A DNA stretch of 64,000 nt from Candidatus Niyogibacteria bacterium (GTDB lineage: Bacteria; Patescibacteriota; Minisyncoccia; JACROR01), in contig JACROR010000009.1 of the NCBI GenBank assembly GCA_016214345.1, positions 241 through 64,240 on the forward strand, in the 5' to 3' direction. The position numbers and the translations under genes are program-made. How positions within the stretch are numbered: position 1 is the stretch's first letter; every line of letters begins with the position of its first letter. The notes under the pieces were generated by a model. The model did no database searches, was not told where the DNA came from, and was given only the letters and a program-made list of their open reading frames with translations. This document shows, in pieces, positions 18,239 through 26,458 of the stretch.

Positions 18239-18318
18239 CAACGAACTTGCCTGCCGATAGGCAGGCGCAGTGAGTTGCGGCGAGGGAGCAAATAAGCAAA
18301 CAGTTTTACAAAAATATT

Positions 18319-18497
18319 CTCCCCATAACTCAATGGATAGAGCGTCAGCCCTCTAAGCTGAACATGTGGGCTTCGCCCCCCACTTTATGCGTCCCCGTAG
18401 TTCAATGGATAGAACGAGAGCCTTCTAAGCTCTAGATCGAGGTTCGATTCCTCGCGGGGGCATATAAAGTGGGGGGTGAGAATTCCTACTGGGGAGA
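18319..18497 (+). pseudogene. Decayed tRNA-Arg split in its T-loop by an insert carrying another tRNA
   Basis: Acceptor CTCCCCA (18319) / TGGGGAG (18490-18496), D-arm ACTC-AATGGATA-GAGC, anticodon arm TCAGC-CCTCTAA-GCTGA, T-stem GTGGG (18366-18370) / CCTAC (18485-18489). Confidence 0.8.
18391..18462 (+). tRNA. tRNA-Arg(TCT), nested
   Basis: GTCCCCGTAGTTCAATGGATAGAAC, loop CTTCTAA, GGTTCGATTCC, CGGGGGCA. Confidence 0.93.
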
Positions 18498-18503
18498 TTA
18501 GAG

Positions 18504-18537
18504 GGGCGCGCAGCTCAGTGGTAGAGCGACTCGTTTA
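18504..18537 (+). pseudogene. tRNA-Val 5' half truncated in the anticodon loop
   Basis: GGGCGCGCAGCTCAGTGGTAGAGCGACTCGTTTA; 26 nt identical to the following tRNA-Val, with a different acceptor strand. Confidence 0.8.
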
Positions 18538-18556
18538 TTCACCCCGTTAGATATTT

Positions 18557-18631
18557 GGGCGTTTAGCTCAGTGGTAGAGCGACTCGTTTACACCGAGTAG
18601 GTCCGGGGTTCGATCCCTCGAACGCCCACCA
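18557..18631 (+). tRNA. tRNA-Val(TAC)
   Basis: GGGCGTTTAGCTCAGTGGTAGAGC, loop TTTACAC, GGTTCGATCCC, encoded CCA. Confidence 0.95.
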
Positions 18632-18747
18632 CAATCAAACTTTCATTGCCCTTAAAGCCAAATTCGTTTGACGTATTTTTAAATCAGCTCATAATTGGGA
18701 TCAAACGAGTTATTTGAAAATATATCGCTCCCTGAAAGGAGAACGCC

Positions 18748-19314
18748 ATGGACATCAAAAATGTTCTGTCCGTCATTTCCGGAATATTATTCGCCGCGGC
18801 TTACATCCCGTACATACGAACGATTCTTAATGGTAAAACAAAACCAGCCAAAGCGTCCTGGATAATTTGGGCGAGCCTTGATGCCATTATTATTGCCGGC
18901 ATGATGGCGGAAAACTCCGTAAACTACCAAATAATCTGCGCCTTCCTGGGCTCAAGCGCGGTAGCTACCCTGTCATTAAAATACGGCATTCCGGGTTGGA
19001 GCGTACTTGATAAGGCCTGTTTTATCGGAGCAATTTTAGGAATAATCCTTTGGGGGACATTTAACAATCCCTTGTTTGGCATCATAATCAGCTTGGGCGT
19101 GATGTTTGTCGGCTCCGTACCCACTTTTGTGTCGGTATGGAAAGATCCGAGCCACGAAGATCGCTTTGCCTGGACGCTCTTTTGGCTATCTTGCGTAGTC
19201 GCAATTCCGGCGATTCCGCATTGGACCGTAGCGAATGCCGCCCAACCGCTGACCTTTTTCGCCATAGAAACCGTAATGATGTACATTTTATTTATTAAAA
19301 GTCCCGTGCGCTAA
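18748..19314 (+). CDS. Conserved multi-pass membrane protein of unknown function
   Basis: SD GAAAGGAG; PYI..I..GKTKP...SW.IW and PT....W..P..E....W repeats resemble a PQ-loop-like duplication. Confidence 0.8.
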   Translation: MDIKNVLSVISGILFAAAYIPYIRTILNGKTKPAKASWIIWASLDAIIIAGMMAENSVNYQIICAFLGSSAVATLSLKYGIPGWSVLDKACFIGAILGIILWGTFNNPLFGIIISLGVMFVGSVPTFVSVWKDPSHEDRFAWTLFWLSCVVAIPAIPHWTVANAAQPLTFFAIETVMMYILFIKSPVR

Positions 19315-19354
19315 TTGTGCCGGGATTTTTCTTTTTACAGCCGCTCAACAAAAC

Positions 19355-19681
19355 CTACAACGAAGGATCTTTAACCGGCGGAGCCGATAATACATCATTA
19401 AAGCGCTTCTCCCTGTCTCTAAGAACGCCGATAATTTTATCCAGCGTGTCGCGGTTAATGGCTTCCGTCTGGATTATCGGCCATACACTAATATTTTCAA
19501 AGGCCGCGGAAGTTTCATTCCAAAATATCCAAGCATCAAAAAACAAAACGCCGACCATCAATCCCAAAAGTACCGCCACCAAATAAATCCAAGATTTCTT
19601 GGACGATCCTCCAAATAACGCGATAAAAAAACCGTTGGCTTTTAAAATAATATTTTGTTTTAGGTTAATTAAACTGTTCAT
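19355..19681 (-). CDS. Hypothetical TM protein at the end of the pilus operon
   Basis: Single TM; co-oriented with pilMNO. Confidence 0.65.
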   Translation of the reverse strand: MNSLINLKQNIILKANGFFIALFGGSSKKSWIYLVAVLLGLMVGVLFFDAWIFWNETSAAFENISVWPIIQTEAINRDTLDKIIGVLRDREKRFNDVLSAPPVKDPSL

Positions 19682-19685
19682 AAAA

Positions 19686-20222
19686 TTAAAAAGTGAAGCT
19701 CAACACTTTAACATCCAAACGGGCTTCCCAAGTTTCTTTTTTGTTGATTAACTGCGTACTTTTCTGGATGGTCGCCGTTTCAAACAAAACTTGATATGGA
19801 ATACTGCCGATCAGAGAAACGAAACGGCGAACGCCGTCAAAATTGCCGCGCGCTACCAAGCTAAAACTGGGCCCCAAATCTTTTTGATCGCGCGGAACAT
19901 TGGCATTGCCTACCTGTAACGAAACTCCGCTCAAATCCGCCACCCGTTCCAATTCCTTGATAAATTGCACCAAGTCTTTTTCACCGATAAAAGAATCGTT
20001 TATAGAGCCACGATCTTTCTCAATATCCTTCAACAAATCTTCCAAATTTTTAATACTATTCACTTTAAGGCGCACCTCGTCTAATTGATACCGTACCGAC
20101 AGAATCTGATTTTTTTCCATTAAAATCTTATTGAAAATAAACAGCCACGCCAAAACTGCCACAATATTTACCAGCAGCGCCACCACGCCTAAAATTAAAG
20201 TTTTTTTTATTTTATGGCTCAT
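19686..20222 (-). CDS. pilO: PilO-like type IV pilus assembly protein
   Basis: N-terminal TM, coiled coil, FIKELE..A..SGV, position after pilN. Confidence 0.7.
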   Translation of the reverse strand: MSHKIKKTLILGVVALLVNIVAVLAWLFIFNKILMEKNQILSVRYQLDEVRLKVNSIKNLEDLLKDIEKDRGSINDSFIGEKDLVQFIKELERVADLSGVSLQVGNANVPRDQKDLGPSFSLVARGNFDGVRRFVSLIGSIPYQVLFETATIQKSTQLINKKETWEARLDVKVLSFTF

Positions 20223-20763
20223 TCTTTTTTATGTCCAAAACCAAAGAAAACTCCACTTTTTCCCGGCTTAGCAAATTAGAGATGGGCGAATAAACTTTTC
20301 CGAAAAATCCGCTTTGTTCCAATTTATCCACAAATTTCAAAAGAGCCTCACGAGTGTCGGCATACCCTAAAACGGTCAGTGTGCCAACGCTCTCACCCTT
20401 GTTGGCCTTATAAAAAAACGTATGGAAAGAAATTCCGAAAGGTTGAAAACGCAACACCGCGTCTATTTCTTTGGCGGGATCCCTTAATAAGGCCAGGCTC
20501 CCGTGCAAGGCGCCAACCCGATTATTTAAATCTTTAATGGCTGATTCTATAGATTCGGCCTTGCGCAATTCCGGGCTTTCCTTTTCAATTTGCAATCCTC
20601 TTTCTAATTCTCTGGATTGCAAAATTAAATACAAATAAGACGGCGCTAAAAAAGCCAAAGCAACGGCGAACACGCAAGCTAAACCGACGCATGCCACAAC
20701 GCAAAATCTCAAAAATCTCTCGGTGGCCACTTTTTTTTGATCGGCCGGAGGAAGTAAATTCAT
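20212..20763 (-). CDS. pilN: PilN-like type IV pilus assembly protein
   Basis: MNLLP motif, TM, G.ADTREALLKFVDKLE. Confidence 0.8.
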   Translation of the reverse strand: MNLLPPADQKKVATERFLRFCVVACVGLACVFAVALAFLAPSYLYLILQSRELERGLQIEKESPELRKAESIESAIKDLNNRVGALHGSLALLRDPAKEIDAVLRFQPFGISFHTFFYKANKGESVGTLTVLGYADTREALLKFVDKLEQSGFFGKVYSPISNLLSREKVEFSLVLDIKKNEP

Positions 20764-21848
20764 GTCTCCAAAATTTTTAAACCCAAACCTATCGCCGTCG
20801 CGTATCCCAATGACTCACGAAAACTTATCTCGGGAATATAATCTTCAAGTGATACTACATTCACCCAGACATTCGCCAATTCCGTCTTCACCTTCAGGCT
20901 ACGCGACAAATATTCAGGCAGACCGTATAAATTGGCATCGCCGCCGCAAAGTATTATTTTTTCTATTTTAATACGGCTATTATCATGCAAATGTTCGGCA
21001 TGCGTCTCCCAAAAATCCAGGCTTTTCTCCGCTTCGTCTTTGATTACCGACGCTATAGGCATAATAGCCGTATAAACATCGCTGTCCGGAGCCATATTAA
21101 AAATATTACCCTGCTCTTTTTTAATGCCCTCCGCCTTACTAATATCCACTTTAAAATTTTTACTTATGGCGCGGTCTATGGCCTCTCCCCCCACATTTAT
21201 CGTGGTAGTAAAACGAAGCTGTCCCGAACTGACTATAAAAAAACTGGTGCGCGTCTTTCCAAAATCTATGATCAAAACCGCTCCGCCGCTCCCTTGAGGA
21301 ATCACCGCTCTCACGATAGACTGCGCCTCTATTTCAAAACTCACCGGAGTAATACCCGCCTCTTCCAAAACATCGCGATACTCATCAATTATACTTTTAG
21401 GATATGCCGCCACCGAAACATCTATAGGGCCGTTCTTGGCATCATTTACCGGTAAAACCTCAAAATCAAACACCACCTCATGCGGCGGCAGAGGGACATG
21501 TTCTTCTAACTGCACCTCTACAGCGTCCCGTATCTTGTCTTTGTCCATAAGCGGCAATTCCGTAACATACAAAAAAGCTTTTTCTTCGGGCAAAGAAATC
21601 GCGGCATATTCTATGTTCAAATGAAGGCTGTTGGACGCCAGCAAATCCACCAGCTCTTTGCGTTTTTTAATTATGCCGGATTCTATAATGCCGGGCGGTG
21701 TAGATACTTTGCCGTATTTTTCTATGCGTACGCCATGGTGCGCCTTGGACAGCGCGATATATTTAAAAGACCGATCGGATAAATCAAGGCCTACCGACGG
21801 CACACTCAAATACTTAGGCGGTGGAAATAGTCTATAAAAAGCGCGCAT
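20760..21848 (-). CDS. pilM: Type IV pilus assembly protein PilM
   Basis: VGLDLSDRSFK, IIDFGKTRT, IILCGGDANLYGL, YATAIGLGL (actin-like fold). Confidence 0.9.
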   Translation of the reverse strand: MRAFYRLFPPPKYLSVPSVGLDLSDRSFKYIALSKAHHGVRIEKYGKVSTPPGIIESGIIKKRKELVDLLASNSLHLNIEYAAISLPEEKAFLYVTELPLMDKDKIRDAVEVQLEEHVPLPPHEVVFDFEVLPVNDAKNGPIDVSVAAYPKSIIDEYRDVLEEAGITPVSFEIEAQSIVRAVIPQGSGGAVLIIDFGKTRTSFFIVSSGQLRFTTTINVGGEAIDRAISKNFKVDISKAEGIKKEQGNIFNMAPDSDVYTAIMPIASVIKDEAEKSLDFWETHAEHLHDNSRIKIEKIILCGGDANLYGLPEYLSRSLKVKTELANVWVNVVSLEDYIPEISFRESLGYATAIGLGLKILET

Positions 21849-21883
21849 AATTTAATTATACCACACCAAAAATTATTTATATT

Positions 21884-23707
21884 TTATTTAAATTCCTGCC
21901 AATTACTCACTGCCCAACCCGCGGTAGGACCCGCGGAAAACTTAGCATTAGATAATCCCTGGTCATAAGTTATTACGGCGTTATTATCCAAGCTAATTTT
22001 GTAAGCGGTCACTTCGGTCACATTCACGCCATTATGCAAGTTTATCTTGCCGTTTTGGGCATAAAAAATTACACCGGTAGCATTATTATGCACATCAGCG
22101 GCGCCGTTATGGTGCGTGCATCCGGTAGAAAAAGAGCCGTCGCAAGCCAAAGTAGTCAATATCAAAAGAAAACTGCCGGTAGAGCCGGAGCCGGAAAATG
22201 TCCCGTTATTTTCAGCGTGAATCCAACCATCAGTTACTATGATGCAGGAATTCACGCCATAGAGCGGATCACACTTGATGGTGGAGCCATTTTGAATATC
22301 CATATTGCCATGCACATAAATCGTACCGGTCACGGTTAAGGTCTTGTTGGCGCTGGACATCACGAGATCCCCAAGAATTTCCTTAGGCCCCAAAGAAATG
22401 TTGCTCGTCACGCTGTAATTGCCGGCAATCTGCCCTCCGGCTTGAGCGTCCGCCTTCCACCGGTCTATATTAGACTGTGAAATAGGCATATTTTGGAGCG
22501 GCGGATCGGAAGCGCCGGGGTGAGCCGTTCCATTGGTAAGTGGAGTACCGCAAGTCTGACTAGTCGGACTATTAAGAAAATTTAGAGAGCCGGAATCAAT
22601 ACTTTGATAATACGCGTCTCCGCAAATCTTGCTGTTGGCAATGGAATTAGCCTTGGCATCTCCTTTCACGATTACTCCATCAATAAGACTTACGCCTGCT
22701 CCGAAATAAGTTTTGAAATTAAGGTCTCCCACGATCTGCGTCCAGGGATCATTATTCCAATCCTGACTGTACTTCGCGACACCGCTGGCGTAACCATTAT
22801 CAGGGTCTCTGCACCATTTCCAATAATCATTACTGTCTTGCGCGGCGTCCAAAATTATCCAATAAGTATTGCCGGCCACCAGCAAAGGCGGAGAATTAAA
22901 AGTTATATCCACCCAGCCATAAGAAGTGGTTACTAAACTACTGATCAAATCGCCCTCCGCGATATCGTTAGAACCGGGCGAGCCACCGCTATCAGCGGTG
23001 ATTCTTATTTCTCGGTTATTGGGACTGCCGGTTTTTTTAATATACAGACTGATCTTGGCCAAGGGCGCGGAGGTCGTAGCGACAAAACTTTGAGCAAAAT
23101 CTATCTGCGGATTAGTTTTTCCGACTATCTGATCCTGCAAGCAAACAATGGATCTCGTCTGCGCGCTCTCATAACTATGCCCCGCCACTATCGCGTCCCC
23201 TGAAACTTTGGCGTCATTCGCGCCCATTATACTGCCGTTGGAATAAACACTGCCCGTGATATTGGAACTTTGACCCATTTCTATGCCGCCCGCGCCAACT
23301 TGCACTCCATAGAAAAAATCCGCTTCCGTTGTCGCAATGTCCAAATTAACGCGTACCTTGCGAAAATTATAATTATTTTCTCCCTTGGCCTCAATAACCT
23401 TTGCATTGCCGCTGCCGGAAATGGTCATGGATGATTTCATTCCATCAGCGGTAAAATCATAACTCGCGGAATAAGGAAAATTGTTTTTTATGCGGTAGAT
23501 CGCGTCCTCTACCCCGGACTCGGCGAAAAAATAACTGATTTTGGCCTTGGTCAGATCATGAGAAATTTTTAAATTTTTAAGCGCCGGCGAAACCGTACTA
23601 AAAATCAAGGAGAGAGATATAAAAAGAAAAAATATCACAACCATAATAACCGCCTGCCCCTTGCGAAAATTTTGAGCCATAAATTTGGAATTTTGAATTT
23701 TCATCAA
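21884..23707 (-). CDS. PilX-like minor pilin/adhesin with a large extracellular beta domain
   Basis: RKGQAVIMVV prepilin-like N-terminus, AESGVEDAIYRI, FAQSF...ISLYIKK domain. Confidence 0.8.
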   Translation of the reverse strand: MMKIQNSKFMAQNFRKGQAVIMVVIFFLFISLSLIFSTVSPALKNLKISHDLTKAKISYFFAESGVEDAIYRIKNNFPYSASYDFTADGMKSSMTISGSGNAKVIEAKGENNYNFRKVRVNLDIATTEADFFYGVQVGAGGIEMGQSSNITGSVYSNGSIMGANDAKVSGDAIVAGHSYESAQTRSIVCLQDQIVGKTNPQIDFAQSFVATTSAPLAKISLYIKKTGSPNNREIRITADSGGSPGSNDIAEGDLISSLVTTSYGWVDITFNSPPLLVAGNTYWIILDAAQDSNDYWKWCRDPDNGYASGVAKYSQDWNNDPWTQIVGDLNFKTYFGAGVSLIDGVIVKGDAKANSIANSKICGDAYYQSIDSGSLNFLNSPTSQTCGTPLTNGTAHPGASDPPLQNMPISQSNIDRWKADAQAGGQIAGNYSVTSNISLGPKEILGDLVMSSANKTLTVTGTIYVHGNMDIQNGSTIKCDPLYGVNSCIIVTDGWIHAENNGTFSGSGSTGSFLLILTTLACDGSFSTGCTHHNGAADVHNNATGVIFYAQNGKINLHNGVNVTEVTAYKISLDNNAVITYDQGLSNAKFSAGPTAGWAVSNWQEFK

Positions 23708-24222
23708 TAACCTCCTCTTAAAATTATGGTGGAATAAAAATTACCGGATTTATACTGTTCAGCGCTTGAGCGCATCTGCATTTCAATTTTTACCGCCTGC
23801 GAAACCGTGGAACCGGTGAGCTTTCTAAACACCAAATTAGTAACTTCAATCTCCGGCAAGGAAAGCAATTGCTCTGCTCCGCCATTGGCCTTGTAAGCCA
23901 AAGCGGCGCCGCTAAGATAAAACTCCATGGTTTCTTCGGCGCCGGTATCCGGATTTTTCTTATGCAAATACAGCCGGCCCGGATGCGCTTCAAAAACGCT
24001 GGCGGCATCGTCCACGCTATACGCGGATCTGGTCTCGCGTATCATTCTCTCCATAGCCGCCTCTGCCGAAGAATTAAGTCGGCGCGTCGCCTTAAAATCA
24101 CCGACGGTTGAGAAAATTACCAACAACATATTAATGGTAAAAACCAGCACGACCGCGAGCATAGAAACATAAATTACCGTTTCTATTAAAGTAAAACCGC
24201 AATTTTTTCTTCGTAATTCCAT
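23704..24222 (-). CDS. Minor type IV pilin (PilW-like)
   Basis: G|FTLIE prepilin cleavage motif. Confidence 0.88.
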   Translation of the reverse strand: MELRRKNCGFTLIETVIYVSMLAVVLVFTINMLLVIFSTVGDFKATRRLNSSAEAAMERMIRETRSAYSVDDAASVFEAHPGRLYLHKKNPDTGAEETMEFYLSGAALAYKANGGAEQLLSLPEIEVTNLVFRKLTGSTVSQAVKIEMQMRSSAEQYKSGNFYSTIILRGGY

Positions 24223-24233
24223 CGATTCTATGT

Positions 24234-24716
24234 TTAATTTTTAAAAAGATTGGCAATATAGGCGCTCATCTGTTCCGTCGTCGTACTGTTCTTATTCCGC
24301 CACGAAATATAAACCGTAATTTTTTTTGTCCCGTCATCGGCGGCGCCGGATGAGGCGATATTGCCATTAACATCGCGATAAACACCGGTTAAAATAAACT
24401 TTCTCTCAAATATCCCGTCAATTAAAACATTGGCGGTGGTAGTCGCCCACTTGGCATTATTATACCGTAAATAATAATTAGTGCCCGACGCCAAAGTGGA
24501 GATATTGTTTGTCCAGCCGCGATCACGCATAGTTTTTACCGCTTCAAGGCCTTCTTCTATTAAAAAATTCGCCTTAATGCTGTCCGTGTTCTGTTGCGCC
24601 GCTTTCATCGCTAACTGGACGGACGCGGCAATGCTAAAAAGCGCGATGGATAAGACCGACACTCCCACCACCAGTTCCAACATCCCAAATCCCGATTTTT
24701 GCAATTTTATATTCAT
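24234..24716 (-). CDS. Minor type IV pilin (PilV-like)
   Basis: G|FGMLE motif, ANFLIEEGLEAV. Confidence 0.85.
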   Translation of the reverse strand: MNIKLQKSGFGMLELVVGVSVLSIALFSIAASVQLAMKAAQQNTDSIKANFLIEEGLEAVKTMRDRGWTNNISTLASGTNYYLRYNNAKWATTTANVLIDGIFERKFILTGVYRDVNGNIASSGAADDGTKKITVYISWRNKNSTTTEQMSAYIANLFKN

Positions 24717-24717
24717 A

Positions 24718-25200
24718 TCAATTTGAACTGGATATGCCGGAATTAAAAATAGTTATAGTTTTCGTATCATTTATATAAGCTTTGAGCCGTATAATCACTG
24801 TTCCATACTGCGCGGTGATACCCGTCAATCGTTCAAACAAAACATCTGCCCCTCCGCCATTCAAGCTCGCCGCCGACATTTCCACGGAATTAGGAAAATC
24901 AAAATAAACATTATTCACATCAGAGGCGTTATAGGCCGCTCCCTTGAAAAGCGCAACGCGCGAACTTTCAAAATGTACGCCATATTGCGCGTCAGCCTCG
25001 GATCTCATGGTTTTGGCACGCGCGTCTTCCAGCGACAATAAAGCCGCGCTTGAAACGCGTGAAAGCTCCTGCGATCGGCGGAAAGACGTTAAACCGGAAA
25101 AAATCAGGGATGCCAATATTACCGCAACCGCCGTGGCCACCACCAGCTCCATCATGCTAATTCCGGCATTTGTTGATTTTATAGATTTTATTTTAAACAT
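24718..25200 (-). CDS. Minor type IV pilin (FimT/FimU-like)
   Basis: G|ISMME motif. Confidence 0.82.
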   Translation of the reverse strand: MFKIKSIKSTNAGISMMELVVATAVAVILASLIFSGLTSFRRSQELSRVSSAALLSLEDARAKTMRSEADAQYGVHFESSRVALFKGAAYNASDVNNVYFDFPNSVEMSAASLNGGGADVLFERLTGITAQYGTVIIRLKAYINDTKTITIFNSGISSSN

Positions 25201-25240
25201 TTATACCTCGCGGACTATAAAATTTTAAGCTCGTGATTTT

Positions 25241-26458
25241 TTATAAATTACTTAAACTTGAATACAACGGCTGAATCATAGAAATCGCGAAAAATCCCAC
25301 CACTACTCCGATAATAACCATCAAAATCGGTTCTACTATCGTTGACATATCTTGAGTCGCGGCAGAAACCTCTTCTTCGTAAAAATCCGCCAGACGACCC
25401 AGCATTTCGGATAATTTACCGGTTTCTTCGCCCACCGACATCATTTCTCCCACCAACAACGGATACAAATTCGCGTTTTCCTTAAAAACTTCCGCGATAG
25501 GCTTGCCCTTTTGCACTCTCTCCCGCGCTTCGCGCAACACCGCCCTATAATAATAGTTCTGCAAAACGTCTTCGGTTATTTCCAAAGCGCGCAGAACATC
25601 AACGCCCGAACCTATCAAAGAGCCCAGTGTGCGCGCGGTGCGCGCGGCGTTTATTTCCTGAACTAGTGTTTTGAAAATCGGCAAATGTAAAAGCGCACTA
25701 GACAACCAACGCTGGCCGATTTCTGTCCTCAAAAACCATGTTATTGCGCCTATAATGGCGGCGACCAACGCTAAGAATATAAATGTATGAGAAACGATGA
25801 AATTGCTTACGGCAATGATAGCTTTAGTCGTGGGTGGCAGTTCAATACTCAATTCTTTAAAAGTAGAAACCAAGGTGGGCACCACATAAATAAGCATAAG
25901 CACTCCTATGACCATCATGGCCACAATAATTATGGACGGATAAACCAACGCGCCGCGCACTCTGCGAAATAGCGCGTGCTCTTTCTCCATTTGATGCCCT
26001 AGGAGCCGGAAAGTTTCAGATAAATTTCCACCCTCTTCTCCGGCTTTTACCATGGATATGAAAAGCGAAGAAAAAACATCATGGTGGTCCGCCATGCTGT
26101 CAGAAAGAGGCCTTCCCTTTCTTATCTCCGCGGCCACATCATTCAACACCGAACAAAATTTTACGCTCTTAGTTTGAGAGGCTAATATATCCAAAGATTT
26201 GGCCAAAGAAACTCCCGCGTCTATCATAACCGCGACATTACGCGCAAAGATCATTTTATCTACCACCGAAACGCGGCTAAACAAATTGAAAGACATGCCG
26301 GAAGACGCGGATTTGGCCGCCTCGATCTCCGCATAAGCTATTAGGCTATAACCGTCGCACCTAAGCATCTTAGCCAGATCAAATTTATCTTTGGCGTCTT
26401 TGGTGCCATGCGTTTCTTCACCGGAAATTTTTTTAGCCGTGTAAGAAAAAAGTGTCAT
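25241..26458 (-). CDS. pilC: Type IV pilus platform protein PilC/GspF
   Basis: AGEEGGNL, ALVYP, VGEETGKL, EPILM. Confidence 0.93.
   Translation of the reverse strand: MTLFSYTAKKISGEETHGTKDAKDKFDLAKMLRCDGYSLIAYAEIEAAKSASSGMSFNLFSRVSVVDKMIFARNVAVMIDAGVSLAKSLDILASQTKSVKFCSVLNDVAAEIRKGRPLSDSMADHHDVFSSLFISMVKAGEEGGNLSETFRLLGHQMEKEHALFRRVRGALVYPSIIIVAMMVIGVLMLIYVVPTLVSTFKELSIELPPTTKAIIAVSNFIVSHTFIFLALVAAIIGAITWFLRTEIGQRWLSSALLHLPIFKTLVQEINAARTARTLGSLIGSGVDVLRALEITEDVLQNYYYRAVLREARERVQKGKPIAEVFKENANLYPLLVGEMMSVGEETGKLSEMLGRLADFYEEEVSAATQDMSTIVEPILMVIIGVVVGFFAISMIQPLYSSLSNL

Noticed and set aside
18345-18361. Amber suppressor or pyrrolysine tRNA (CTA appears in the outer pseudo-tRNA loop)
   Set aside because: The stem TCAGC/GCTGA places TCT, not CTA, at positions 34-36, and the D-loop is Arg-type
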